Source: Bdellovibrionales bacterium (GTDB lineage: Bacteria > Bdellovibrionota > Bdellovibrionia > Bdellovibrionales > UBA1609). Taken from it: DNA of 64,000 nucleotides. Positions 44,610 to 55,406 of the stretch are shown here, piece by piece. A program made the position numbers and the translations under genes. Where the stretch lies: contig OZ244719.1 of assembly GCA_965219095.1 (NCBI GenBank), forward strand, positions 288,001 through 352,000, in the 5' to 3' direction. The notes beneath the pieces are model-generated. The model was not told the origin of the DNA, did not search any database, and worked only from the letters and a program-made list of their open reading frames with translations. Each line of letters opens with the position of its first letter. Within the stretch, counting starts at the first letter, position 1.

Positions 44610-46340
44610 CCTAAATTCCCGACAAAAAATATACACTAGGATTTAAGTTCTGCTCAGAATCTGGAAAATTTCTTATTCCCCCTCGTAAAAAGTAGGATTT
44701 CATAGAATTTTTAGAGATAAATACTCTTGCCTATGCTCAATCCTGATGTATAATATATACAGCAGGATTGCTAGGAGGATATACGATGAGTTTCATTAGA
44801 AGAATAAAAAAGAAAGATGGACAAGTTTATTTGGCTGAAGTTGAAAGCAAATGGATCAATGGGAAATCGGTCCAAAAGCATATTCGTTATATTGGAAAAG
44901 AGATTAATGGAGAAGTTGTGCTTTCTCTCTCATCAAAAGATCTCCAAGTGGATGGAGTTAAGGTATATGGCCCCCTTTTACTGTTCCATAGTATCTCAAA
45001 AAAAATTAAACTTCCAGAAATTTTAGGTAAATATTCTGATGAGATTCTCAGTATGATTTATGCCCACTGTATGGATTATAGAAGTGTACGTAATATGCCA
45101 AAATGGTACGAGAGGACAGACTTAAATCTTCTTTTAGATTTAGGAAATCTAACGGAAGCTCGATTAGTTAAAGCAATGGATAGTATAAATGATGATCAAA
45201 TAGAGATTTATCAAAGGTCTATTTTTAGCAACGTAAAAAAGATGTATAGGTTGGACTCTAAAGGAATAGTATATGATCTAACAAATACTTATTTTCATGG
45301 GAAGCATTGTGTTATGGGGAAAGTGGAAAGAAGTAAAGATGGGCGTCGACAAAATGATCTTATCCAAATAGCACTTGCAACGACTCAAAAGGACGGAATT
45401 CCAGTATTCCACAAAACCTTTGATGGAAATATCCATGACAGTAAAACTCTAGCGGACGTTTCCAATAATTTTTCTCAACACAGTCTTCAGTCTGGACTAC
45501 TCATCTATGATCGAGGCATAGTATCCGAGAAAAACATTGATTTCATAGGGGATTTAGGCTGGCACACGTTGTGTGGCTTGCCTATGCGAGAAAAAGAAAA
45601 AGCTATCATAAGACGAACTATAAAGAATGATTCTATAAATAATATTTCAAATATGGTGACAATTGGAGAAAGTATTTTTTACGTTAAAGGTATACCTCAT
45701 TCATTCGGATCGATTAAAGGAAAGCTTGTCATCTGCTATAATGAATCTAAAAAAACAGAAATCACAGAGTCAAGGAGGAAAAGGATTCTAAATGCTCAGG
45801 AGTTAATAAATAAAAATAAAAAAATTGAAGAAGGACTTAGAAAGCACTTGACTCCCAGGGGAAGAATAAGAACTGATGTGTTAAAGAAAGATGAGGAGCT
45901 TGATGGATACTCGTGTATATTTTCTACGAAGAAGATCTCCGACAAAGAAATGGTGAGATTGTATTTTGACAAAGAGATCATTGAAAGAGCTTTCAAAACT
46001 TTAAAAGGTATTTCAAATGTACGCCCTATTAGATTTTGGTTAAATAAGAGAGTCAAGTCACATGTTTTTATCTGCTATTTATCTTATCTCATATTATCTA
46101 TCCTTAAACTAAGTCTAAAATCTAAGGGCATAAATATGTCGCCAGAAAAAGCAATTGAAAACTTAGAAACTATGTACAACGTTTATCTATCAGATAACCG
46201 TAAAAAACATAAATTTACTAGAACCGTAACTCTTAACAAAACTCAAGAACAGATATTGAAATCGGTGGACCCAAAAATTTTAAAGAATCACATAATGCTT
46301 TCTTGAAAACCTAGTATATACTTTTGGCCAAAAATTTAGG
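44610..46340 (+). mobile_element. IS1634-family element, intact transposase 44786-46306
   Basis: IR CCTAAATT..TATACACTAGG, TSD TATATA; YDLTNTY, YDRG, IERAFK. Confidence 0.93.
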
Positions 46341-46346
46341 TATATA

Positions 46347-46625
46347 GTGATCATACATTTTATTTTCCTCCTTTGTTGGTTTATTTATAAATAAAGTCTT
46401 GAAATCCTATTTTACATCTTTTTTTTTGCTTTTTCCTTTTTTTCGAGTAAGTCTTCACAAAAATACAGGCTTAATCGAAAAAAAGGGAAAACACCCTTTG
46501 AGGCCTTAAAAACCAGGCCAGCTAAAGGGTTTAGAATTTGTCTCGAAAAGCTCACCTCCTTCTGCAAGTACTTTAGGGTCACTATCATGGCTTAAACCAG
46601 TGACCTGTCTTTTTGATTTACCGTC
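46347..46625 (-). mobile_element. IS110-A left end, second copy, inserted in the IS630-A right IR
   Basis: Near-identical to the reverse of 19487-19760; junction ...GATTTACC|GTC|GAATTAATTTCTG. Confidence 0.88.
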
Positions 46626-46628
46626 GAA

Positions 46629-47213
46629 TTAATTTCTGTAATTGGTATCAGTATAGTTTCTTAAAATTTCATCTAAAAGATGAAGAGTTGATTCTATTTC
46701 AACTTTTTGAGTTTCTAAAAAGTCTTGTGTGACAGGAACTGTATTATTTAAAATAAAATCTAAAGCTATTCTTTTTTTATAAGAAGAGTCAGGGTTTAAT
46801 ACATGGAGGTGCTCTAAAAGACTTTCTCCCAAAAAAAACGTTAATAAAGCTACAAGTGCGTACATCACATAACCTATCGAAGGTAAAATCAGAACAACTC
46901 CTAGGGTCACTGTTAACCAAGAAAGAAGAAGTCCAGAAGCTTTTACCCATCTTTTGACTTCTTGCCAAATCCTTTCAGACTCTAAATCATCTATAAAATA
47001 AAAGCCTCTACCTCCTATAAGTTCACACGTCACATAATTTTCATAAGGAGAACATCTTTCAAGTTTAAGTCTTTTTTCATCTAGTTGCTCAATTCGTAAA
47101 AATATAGAGGCTTCTTCTCTTGGAATATCTCTTAGATCTTTTTTTTGATTAGGAAAGTAAGAAAGGACTAAAGATGAATGAAAAGTAAAATAAAGCAGAA
47201 AAAGAAATTTCAT
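46629..47213 (-). CDS. Hypothetical exported/membrane protein, C-terminus supplied by the IS630-A IR
   Basis: Signal-like N-terminus, two TM helices, stop codon lies inside the IR. Confidence 0.6.
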   Translation of the reverse strand: MKFLFLLYFTFHSSLVLSYFPNQKKDLRDIPREEASIFLRIEQLDEKRLKLERCSPYENYVTCELIGGRGFYFIDDLESERIWQEVKRWVKASGLLLSWLTVTLGVVLILPSIGYVMYALVALLTFFLGESLLEHLHVLNPDSSYKKRIALDFILNNTVPVTQDFLETQKVEIESTLHLLDEILRNYTDTNYRN

Positions 47214-47470
47214 GCATTTTTTTAAAGCTACTTTTCACCTCCTTATAATACTTTATTATACCCTGAAATATTCTTTTTAAAAAGGGATTTTAAATTAAAA
47301 TTATTTATTCAGTCTTTATGGGAATTCTTTGGAGTTTTTCTTACTTTTGTGGAGGTGTGCGGTTTTGAGCTTGTAAGTTTTTCAAAATCTGACGTAAGCA
47401 TAAGCTCTGAGGTATTTGAAGAATAGATTTTTATTGACATCTCTTAAATTTTTTAATATCAATTTTTCTT

Positions 47471-47809
47471 ATGAGAGAGTTTTTAAGCAGTAAAATTCAT
47501 AAAGCCTATGTTACAAAAGCAAATCTGAATTACATGGGAAGTATTTCCATTGATGAAAATCTTATTGAAAAAGCTGGCCTTCAACCCTATCAAAAAGTTC
47601 TTATTGTGAGCAATACCTCAGGAGCTCGTCTTGAAACTTACGTTATTGCTAGCAAAGAGAGGGGAGAAATTCAAATGAATGGTGCTTGCTCCCATCTCAT
47701 TAAAATAGGAGAAGAGATCATTATTTTAGGATTTTGTTTTTCAGAAAAAAGCATTACTCCTAGAGTGATTCTAGTTGATAAAAACAATCGATTTTTAAAA
47801 TACCTTTAA
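47471..47809 (+). CDS. panD: Aspartate 1-decarboxylase
   Basis: SKIH, NYMGSI (G-S cleavage site), GARLETY, MNGA. Confidence 0.93.
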   Translation: MREFLSSKIHKAYVTKANLNYMGSISIDENLIEKAGLQPYQKVLIVSNTSGARLETYVIASKERGEIQMNGACSHLIKIGEEIIILGFCFSEKSITPRVILVDKNNRFLKYL

Positions 47810-48028
47810 TGGCATTTCAAAAAGAAAACTACCTTAACATTTTACTTTCTACTACCTGTATATGGGTGAGATTCCACACTATATTGAAAAATTTTCACTT
47901 TTTAACCCGAGTTTTGACTTTTTTCAGGGCTAAAGGCTAGCTAATATAAACAAACACCTTAGATCTTTGTAAGATAAAAACAATAATTCATTACAAAGGA
48001 GGCACCTAAGATGTTTAATTCTAAGTAT

Positions 48029-48137
48029 CCTCAAATTTTTACCAAAAAGTATACACTAGGATTTTTAACGTTGTATAAGATGTGGTTTTAAAATTTTAGG
48101 ATTGATAGATTTTAGAATTTTTTCTTGATTTTTGATC
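48029..48137 (-). mobile_element. IS1634 right-end remnant
   Basis: Encodes NQEKILKSINPKIL*; IR resembles 46310-46340. Confidence 0.7.
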
Positions 48138-49598
48138 TTGTAAATTAAATTATGTAACTGATTTTTTCATTTTAAATTTCACCCTCATTTTTTCACACTT
48201 ATTTTAACCCATCAATCGATTCACACAACAAATAGATATAGTGCTTCCGTTTAGGTTTCAGTTTTTTTCTCTAGAGAATCGATCGGAAAATCTAAGCGTA
48301 TTCACTATATATAGTGCTTCCGCTTAGGTTTTCCGTTTTTTTTGAGTTGAGGTCTAGTTTTTATTCTAAGGCTTTGATAAAAAGTCATTTATTTTTAAAA
48401 ATAGTTTCATATGTCAGGGTTTCTATCAAAAAAAGAGCGAAAAGATTTACTCTATGAACTATCTCTAGAGAAAAATCTTAGGTACGGAAAAAGGATTATG
48501 ACAATTCTCCATTTAGATAAAGGTAAGTTGTGTAAAGATATTTCCTACTTTCTTTTCCTTGATGAGGGCACGATAAGAGCCTATAGAGAGCGTTATAACA
48601 AAGGAGGGATAGAGTATTTAATCAACGACAATTACAATCCTAAAAGGTCCTTTTTAACTAAGAAAGAGGAGAAAATGCTTTTAAAGGAATTAGAGAAAAG
48701 AATTTTTCCATCATCACAGGCCCTTATTCAGTTCATTGAGGAGAATTTTGGTGTTACGTACTTTAACAAGTGGTGTAATTGATCTTCTCCATCGCCTTGG
48801 TTTTTCTTATAAAAAAGCCACAGCGATACCGGGCAAAGCGAAGAGAGAAGAGCAGAAAAAGTTTGTGCGTAAATACAAGAGAATTAAGAAGAAGGGTGGT
48901 CTTGTTTACTTTGCTGATTCCACACATCCTGAGTGGGGCCCTACGATTTCATATGGTTGGATAAGAGAGGGTAAGAAGTTTGAAGTGAAGACCAATTCAG
49001 GCTGGAGAAAAAGAGTGAATGTTTGTGGAGCTATTGAGATCAATAGCTTGAAGACAGTAGTCAGGAGTTATAAGACAGTTAACGAAGTTTTTCTATGTGA
49101 TATGCTCTATCATATTCATTAAGAAGCATCCCGATGAAAAAGAGATTCATCTTATCTTAGATGGGGCCGGATACAATAGATCGAAGTCTGTCAAGAAGTT
49201 AGCGAAAGAGTTGAATATAAAACTTGTTTATCTTCCTCCGTACTCACCGAATTTAAATCCTATAGAAAGGCTTTGGAAGTTTATGAAAAAAGAGGTCACG
49301 GCGAATCGATATTATGAAAACTATGACGATTTCAAGGGAAGTTTAAGTCAATTTTTTAGAGGAATACGAAAACACAGGCCTAAATTAGAAACTTTGATAA
49401 CTGATAACTTCTCCATCTTAGGAACCTGAAAACCTAAACGGAAGCACTATATACCTGAAATGAACATATCTTATGAAAACTTAAACCACCACTCAAAAGA
49501 AGTTTTTTTAAAATCTCCTAACTGAAGCTTTTCCTTAAGTCAATTCTAAAATTTTAAATTTGAACATGAAAATGTCGAATTAATTTTTGTAATTGGTA
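48138..49598 (+). mobile_element. IS630-A right non-coding end, interrupted by MITE copy 3 (48237-48309) and IS630-C
   Basis: 48138-48236 plus 49452-49598 rejoin to match 18168-18430 reversed. Confidence 0.8.
48310..49451 (+). mobile_element. IS630-C, frameshifted transposase 48411-49429
   Basis: IR TATAGTGCTTCCG(C/T)TTAGGTTT; FADSTHP, LDGAGYN, LPPYSPNLNPIE. Confidence 0.9.
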
Positions 49599-49780
49599 TT
49601 ACTCTCTTTCTTTTCTTGATGTGACCCTTTTGGGGGATTTCTAACTATTTTTTACCCGCAGATTCCCAGGAGGAGGCATAATTTTTTTAAGGTCCGTCTG
49701 GTAAAAATATATTTTTAAAAGTCAGTTATACAATTTGGTTTATAGGATCAGAGATTTATAGAAAATACACTTTGAATGGT

Positions 49781-50296
49781 TTATTGTTTGAGGGTGGAGA
49801 TGTCTTTATAATTTCGGCAAAGCTCATTGTTATCCATCCCATATCCTACCACATAACGATCATGGATCACCTTTCCAACATAATCAGGTCTAAGGGAGGC
49901 TTTACGCCTCATGGGTTTATCTAAAAGAGTTACAATTTTCAATGAGGCAGGTTTGTTGGCAAAAAGTCTTTCCTTTAAAAACGCAAGGGTTCTTCCTTCT
50001 TGAATGATCTCTTTAACAATAAGGATGTGGCGATTGGTAACGCTTAAAGAAATATCCTTTAAAATTTTAACCTCTTCATTTTTATGAGATGATAGTTGTA
50101 CAAAATCAATCTCAACAGGAATAGAAATTTTTCTCATAAGATCAATTCCAAAAAGAACCGATCCTTTCAGAGGCATGATTAAAACTAACTCTTCGCCCTC
50201 ATAATCTTGTTCAATTTGCTCAGCTAAAACACTGACCATTTTATTGATAATCTCTTCTGAAATAAAAGGTGAAGTGGAGCCTCTCATGAAATTCAT
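49781..50296 (-). CDS. hpt: Hypoxanthine phosphoribosyltransferase-like protein (atypical PRPP motif)
   Basis: LKGS, ILKD, TLLDKP, YVVGYGMD; VEDIIDTG replaced by VKEIIQEG. Confidence 0.75.
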   Translation of the reverse strand: MNFMRGSTSPFISEEIINKMVSVLAEQIEQDYEGEELVLIMPLKGSVLFGIDLMRKISIPVEIDFVQLSSHKNEEVKILKDISLSVTNRHILIVKEIIQEGRTLAFLKERLFANKPASLKIVTLLDKPMRRKASLRPDYVGKVIHDRYVVGYGMDNNELCRNYKDISTLKQ

Positions 50297-50919
50297 AACA
50301 TCTCCTGACTGAGTTGTTTTTTTCTTATTTTGTTTCTATGCTTTCTTAAACACTCTAAAGCTTTAGAATCAAGAGGTTTTTGACTTAAAACCTTACTCCA
50401 TTCTCTCACAGCATGCACTTCGCTTCCTGTAAGATAGTAAAGGTCTGCTAATGTTATACGGCTTTCATAATCTTCAGGAGTTTTTCTTAAAAGTTCTTTT
50501 AAACTTTCTATACGAGCTCTATAATTTATAAAACCTTCACCTTCATTTTTCTCTGGATTCTTTTTTTGGAGAAAAGAATCACTTTCTATGTTGTTGTTAG
50601 TATTTGTTTTTTGTTTGTCTTTAAGTTTTTGAAAGAAAAGCTCAGATTCCTTATAAAAGCCTAAGTCATTAAAAAGGACACTTAAGGAAAGGCAGGCTTC
50701 TGAATGAAAGGGATCTTTTGAAAGGGTTTTCTGAAATAAAAAAATAGCTTTTTTAAAATTCTTTTCAAAAAGAAAAATAGAACCTAAAAGATAATAGATT
50801 TCAGGGTGTTCATGGTTTTTTTCTAAGAGGATTTGCAAAAGCTGTTTTGCCTGATCATATGATTTTTCTTCGATTAAAAAACGTGTTCTCTCCAGAATCT
50901 TTTCAACTGGATATAACAT
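50293..50919 (-). CDS. Tetratricopeptide-repeat protein
   Basis: Repeated TPR-like helices (IYYLLGSI..A..LF..L..DP). Confidence 0.8.
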   Translation of the reverse strand: MLYPVEKILERTRFLIEEKSYDQAKQLLQILLEKNHEHPEIYYLLGSIFLFEKNFKKAIFLFQKTLSKDPFHSEACLSLSVLFNDLGFYKESELFFQKLKDKQKTNTNNNIESDSFLQKKNPEKNEGEGFINYRARIESLKELLRKTPEDYESRITLADLYYLTGSEVHAVREWSKVLSQKPLDSKALECLRKHRNKIRKKQLSQEML

Positions 50920-51673
50920 GCTCTAACTCTTTGTTTGCTTTCTTTAAAAGCTTTTTATTTTGACTTTTCTTTAAAAGTTTTAAGTAATATTTTTTAGACG
51001 TTTTTTTGTATCCTAATTTGAGAGCAGAGACGCTTGCAAAATAAAGGACTTCATCAATTCTTCTGTAATGAGGGTGTCTTTTGAGAAAAGATTGACAACG
51101 TCTCAAAGAGACTTTATATTTTTTTCTTTTAAAGTAAAACCTCATGACCTTAAAGTCTTTCTCTGCCATACGAGATAGCAATTCTTCTATGTATTTTTTA
51201 GAAGAAGTGCTGTACTCACTGTTAGGGTGCTTTTGAATCAACTGTCGAAAGACTAAAATAGAATCAACGGCTAAAGATAAGTCTCTTTCCACAACTTTAG
51301 GGACTTGATGAAAATAACTCATAGCTTCTCTGTAAGAGACATAATCTATTTTTTTATTTTGAGGATAAAGGCTCTTAAAAAAAGAATAGGCATATTGTGC
51401 TTCTGTGTAGTTTTTTTGAGCATAGTAAATATCTGCTACAGCCAAATCAACTTGAACCATTAAGGGATGAAGAGGATAAGTGTTTCGAAAGTCTTTGAGA
51501 GCCGCAAGAGCTGGCTCATAAAGTTTTCTTTCTATTAAATTTTGAGCCTCCTTGAAAAGTTCATAAGCGGGAGATGAAGTCTTAGCTTGATTTTTTGACA
51601 AAGGAGGTTTTGTGCTTGTACTAGAACAGGCTGTAAGAAGGCAGGAAAGGACAAGAAGAATCAAAAACTTCAT
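50903..51673 (-). CDS. bamD: Outer-membrane assembly lipoprotein BamD
   Basis: Lipobox LTAC, TPRs, ERD motif, HPNSEY, FYFKRKKY. Confidence 0.85.
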   Translation of the reverse strand: MKFLILLVLSCLLTACSSTSTKPPLSKNQAKTSSPAYELFKEAQNLIERKLYEPALAALKDFRNTYPLHPLMVQVDLAVADIYYAQKNYTEAQYAYSFFKSLYPQNKKIDYVSYREAMSYFHQVPKVVERDLSLAVDSILVFRQLIQKHPNSEYSTSSKKYIEELLSRMAEKDFKVMRFYFKRKKYKVSLRRCQSFLKRHPHYRRIDEVLYFASVSALKLGYKKTSKKYYLKLLKKSQNKKLLKKANKELEHVISS

Positions 51674-51722
51674 AATAAGGATTTTATAGGTAAGTGCTTT
51701 TTAAGTCAAATTCATATCACCT

Positions 51723-52778
51723 TTAAAAGCGAGGGGTGATGATGTGTCTATAAAAGGTGAATAAAATAAGCTTGCATGTGAAGACAAGAGGTATGGCCAC
51801 AAGCATTCCTAAAACACCTAAAATCTGAGCTCCTGCGAGAAGAGAGATGAGAATGGTGACAGGATGCAAGTTCACTAAACGAGCTACTATAAAGGGCATA
51901 ATGATCAAGCCATCGATGAGCTGAGCTATAACATAGGGTAAAAGAAGAAAGAAAAAATCAAAAACACTATAAGATTTGACAAAACCTAAGAACAGAGCAG
52001 GGGTAGCACTTAAAAAGGGGCCTATATAGGGTATAAGATTGGCCAAACCTGCAAAAACTCCCAAAGAAAAACTCAAAGGAGTGTTTGTTACAAGAAGGCC
52101 TAAGCTCACCACTACTCCCACAAAAAAAGAGGCTATCAATCTCGAACGTATGAACTGGCCTAGTTGAAAGTTAATTTGTGATTGAAGGCTTATAGTGATT
52201 TCAAAAATATTATTAGGTATGAGTTCATAGAGCTTTTTCATAATCCTTCTTCCATCAACAAGCATAAAAAAGGAAAGAAAAGGGGCTAGAATCAAAATGG
52301 TTAGAGATTGAGAAAAGAAAGTGGGAACAGTTCCAAAAAGTTTTGGAGTTTTGTCTAGAAGGGAAGCTTTTATTACGTCAAGGATATTTGTATTTTCAAA
52401 AAAACCTATTTGAATTATTTTTTCTTGAAGAAAATCAAGCTGTTCTATGAGCCTTTCCCAATAAATGGGTCCTTCTGTTTTGAGAAGATGAAACTGTGAA
52501 ACCAGAACAGGATAAAATTGAACACTTCCTATTATAAGCATAAAAATCAAGACGATAAAAGTTGCTAAAATAGAGTGAAGACGTTCAATTCCTCTTCTTT
52601 CTAAAGTATCAATGACCGGTGTTAACATAAAGTTCATCACTAAAGCCACAATAAAAGAGGCCATAAGATTGTTTACGCTAATTATAGTAAAAACGAGGAA
52701 AGCTAAAACTGAGAAAAACAGAATCCCTTTGCCATATTTGTCCTTGAACCAAAAATTTTGTTGGTTGTTAGCTTTCAT
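51723..52778 (-). CDS. AI-2E family transporter
   Basis: NLIPYIGP, LHPV, GVLGMLVAIP; multiple TM helices. Confidence 0.9.
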   Translation of the reverse strand: MKANNQQNFWFKDKYGKGILFFSVLAFLVFTIISVNNLMASFIVALVMNFMLTPVIDTLERRGIERLHSILATFIVLIFMLIIGSVQFYPVLVSQFHLLKTEGPIYWERLIEQLDFLQEKIIQIGFFENTNILDVIKASLLDKTPKLFGTVPTFFSQSLTILILAPFLSFFMLVDGRRIMKKLYELIPNNIFEITISLQSQINFQLGQFIRSRLIASFFVGVVVSLGLLVTNTPLSFSLGVFAGLANLIPYIGPFLSATPALFLGFVKSYSVFDFFFLLLPYVIAQLIDGLIIMPFIVARLVNLHPVTILISLLAGAQILGVLGMLVAIPLVFTCKLILFTFYRHIITPRF

Positions 52779-53307
52779 GTTTTTTCTCGTCCTGGAATTT
52801 TTCAAGATGAGTTTGAAATTCTTCTACTTTAGAAACAAGAACTCTCAGTCTTTTAGCTAGGACTTGAGAAAGTTTTAAAATGAATTTTGAAGCTATAAAA
52901 GGATGTCTTGTACGTAAATCTTCTAGATCATGTCTAAAAAGTCCTATAAGCTTTGTGTTAGATTGAGCTCTTGCCATCGCTGTTCTTAGGCTGTCTGGCT
53001 CTAAAAGAGCAATTTCTCCAAAAAAATCTTTTTTTTCTAAAATAAGAGATTCTTTTTTATTAAGGGAAGAAAAAAGTTGGTTTGTGAGAATTTCTACATG
53101 GCCTTCTAAAATAATATACATTCCAATGCCTAGATCTTTTTGTTTAAAAATAACTTCGCCTTCTTTATAAATTCTTTTATGAAAACATTCAGAAATTCTG
53201 CTTAGCTCTTTTTCAGAGAAATCTTTAAAAAAAGGCATAGACTTTAAAAACACAAGAAGTCTTTTATGGGGTTTCTTTTTTAAAACATTTTCCCAGAGAG
53301 CTTTCAT
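52768..53307 (-). CDS. Cyclic-nucleotide-binding domain protein
   Basis: IFKQKD..MYIILEG, FFGEIALL..RTA. Confidence 0.9.
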   Translation of the reverse strand: MKALWENVLKKKPHKRLLVFLKSMPFFKDFSEKELSRISECFHKRIYKEGEVIFKQKDLGIGMYIILEGHVEILTNQLFSSLNKKESLILEKKDFFGEIALLEPDSLRTAMARAQSNTKLIGLFRHDLEDLRTRHPFIASKFILKLSQVLAKRLRVLVSKVEEFQTHLEKFQDEKKHES

Positions 53308-53316
53308 GCAAGAATC

Positions 53317-54024
53317 CTATATTTGATGTTTGAAAGCATGTTGCCTTTCAATCCACCCTACTTCATCTTTATTTGTTTTGATTTGAAACCAGCCTTCTGT
53401 CTGTTTTAAAATAGAAACATTCTCTCCCCCATAAACTGAGAATAGGCTTCCAAAGTTTTTTGAAGGAACAGAGCGAGCTTCTGTACTCTTTACGATCACT
53501 GTAGCACGAGAATGGAACTGCTCGTTAACATTCTCTACGACAAAAAGACTTGAGATAAGAAATAAAAAACTTGTAAAATAAAAAAAGCCACCTCTTTTTT
53601 GAGAAAAAAAGAGGAAGAAAGAAGAAAAAAGAAACAAAAGGTTAAGGGGTACAAGGTAAGAGTAGGGGATGAACTGAAAAACGAAAAACTTTGCGGATTC
53701 TACAAAGGAAAGAGAGGGTTTTTGTTCTAAGGCCTTATAGGCTTCTTTAAATCCCGGATCTAAATAGAGAACCCTTCTTAGCATTCCTGTTGCAGAAAAG
53801 AAATCTTCTTTTTGTAGTTTCAAAAGAGCTAAGTTGAACAAAGCGTTCACATCTCTAGGTTTATCTTGAACCCATTTTTTTAGAAAAACCTCCCTTTTTT
53901 CCATACTTTTAAGGTTTATAAGAGTACTTCTCAAACTCTCTTCGGCCTGAAGATGGATTGACAAGCTTAGAAGAAGAGGTAAAATAAAAAAACCATACAT
54001 ATATATGATATTAGTTTTTTTCAT
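53317..54024 (-). CDS. BatE-like TPR + TM + SH3 protein
   Basis: ALFNLA TPR, two TM helices, GWFQI..VGWI SH3b; start uncertain. Confidence 0.7.
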   Translation of the reverse strand: MKKTNIIYMYGFFILPLLLSLSIHLQAEESLRSTLINLKSMEKREVFLKKWVQDKPRDVNALFNLALLKLQKEDFFSATGMLRRVLYLDPGFKEAYKALEQKPSLSFVESAKFFVFQFIPYSYLVPLNLLFLFSSFFLFFSQKRGGFFYFTSFLFLISSLFVVENVNEQFHSRATVIVKSTEARSVPSKNFGSLFSVYGGENVSILKQTEGWFQIKTNKDEVGWIERQHAFKHQI

Positions 54025-54041
54025 TTTGTTTGGCAACTTGA

Positions 54042-55406
54042 GTGTTTTTTCATATGAACCCTTTTTTTTACAAAGATGAAACCCTTCAAGAGCTTTTGAG
54101 TTCAGTTGTTCATTACGTGGAAAAAAGCCAAAGATCCCTTAATAAAGTTATTTTCACTCAAAACCCTGAAGTTCTTCTCAAAAGCTCTGAAGAGATCGGT
54201 CATTTAAGAGGAAGGCCCTTATTTTACCCCTACTTAGGTCGAGGTTTAGGAAAGGGCTGTTTTGTTCAACTAGAAGACGGAAGTGTAAAGCTTGATTTCA
54301 TTAGTGGTATTGGGGTCCATATTCTAGGTCACAGCCATCCTATTGTGATTAAAGCAGCCCTAGAAGGAGCTGTAAGTGATATCGTTCATCAAGGGCATCT
54401 TCAAAGTAACCATGAACTTCTAGCCTTTCAAAAGAAAATATTTGATATAGGAAACAGAAAAGCTTGCTTTCAAGGATGTTGGATCACCACTTCAGGCTCT
54501 ATGGCAAATGAAAATGCTCTCAAAATCTGTCAACAAAAAACAAAATTCTCTACCATTCTAACTATGAAAAACGCTTTTGCCGGTCGCACCATAGCCATGC
54601 TCGGTGTCACAGAAAACCCTGCTTTAAAACAAGGTCTTTTACAAACAAATAAAACACTAAAAATCCCCTTTTTTGATCCCAAAAACCCTCAAAGTACAGA
54701 AGAATCACTTTCAAAACTCAAAACTTTTATAAGCCAAAATAAAATTTGCTGTTTTCTTTTTGAACCCCTCCAAGGAGAGGGGGGGATTCTCACAGCACCA
54801 AAGGAATTTTTCCTTCCTCTTTTAGAATTTTGTCGAACAAAAAAAGTTCCCATTTGGTGTGATGAAATTCAAACCTTTGCAAGAACAGGAGAGTTTTTTT
54901 CTTTTGAGAAATTAGGAATAGAAAATTACATCGATGTTTGTACTATTTCTAAAGCTGCACAAAATGGTGTGACTTTTTGGTCTTCTGAAATGGCCCCTAA
55001 AGGGGGTATCTTAGGGGGGACTTTTGCAGGAAGTTCTGTGAGTTTAAGTGTAGGAAGAGCTATTTTGGAGTATCTTGATAAAGGTGGTTTTATGGGAAAG
55101 GGTGGTAAGATTGAAGCTCTTCATAAAGAATTTCGAACAGCTTTAGAAGACTTAAGAGATCATTCTTGTAAAGGTTTGATATCTGACATTTCGGGGCAAG
55201 GAGTTATAATGGCTTTTACCCCTTTCGACGGTTCAACAGAAAAAAGAAATCTCCTTGTAAAGACTCTCCATAAAAAGGGTCTTCTTTGTTTAGGTTGCGG
55301 GCTTCAGACAGCACGAGTAAGATTCTTAATCCCTGTGACTACCACTTCTTATGAGTTACAAATGGCAAAATCCATTATAGAATCTGCTCTAAAGGAGATC
55401 CATTGA
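54042..55406 (+). CDS. Class III PLP aminotransferase (ArgD/AstC-like)
   Basis: LDFISGIG, SGSMANE, EPLQGEGG, DEIQT, SK lysine, GGTF; start could be ATG 54054. Confidence 0.88.
   Translation: MFFHMNPFFYKDETLQELLSSVVHYVEKSQRSLNKVIFTQNPEVLLKSSEEIGHLRGRPLFYPYLGRGLGKGCFVQLEDGSVKLDFISGIGVHILGHSHPIVIKAALEGAVSDIVHQGHLQSNHELLAFQKKIFDIGNRKACFQGCWITTSGSMANENALKICQQKTKFSTILTMKNAFAGRTIAMLGVTENPALKQGLLQTNKTLKIPFFDPKNPQSTEESLSKLKTFISQNKICCFLFEPLQGEGGILTAPKEFFLPLLEFCRTKKVPIWCDEIQTFARTGEFFSFEKLGIENYIDVCTISKAAQNGVTFWSSEMAPKGGILGGTFAGSSVSLSVGRAILEYLDKGGFMGKGGKIEALHKEFRTALEDLRDHSCKGLISDISGQGVIMAFTPFDGSTEKRNLLVKTLHKKGLLCLGCGLQTARVRFLIPVTTTSYELQMAKSIIESALKEIH

Noticed and set aside
47860..48028. Further IS left-end remnants (also ~17370-17460, 38849-38965, 63755-63840)
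   Set aside because: End-like appearance, but no partner IR or recognisable transposase, so not assignable
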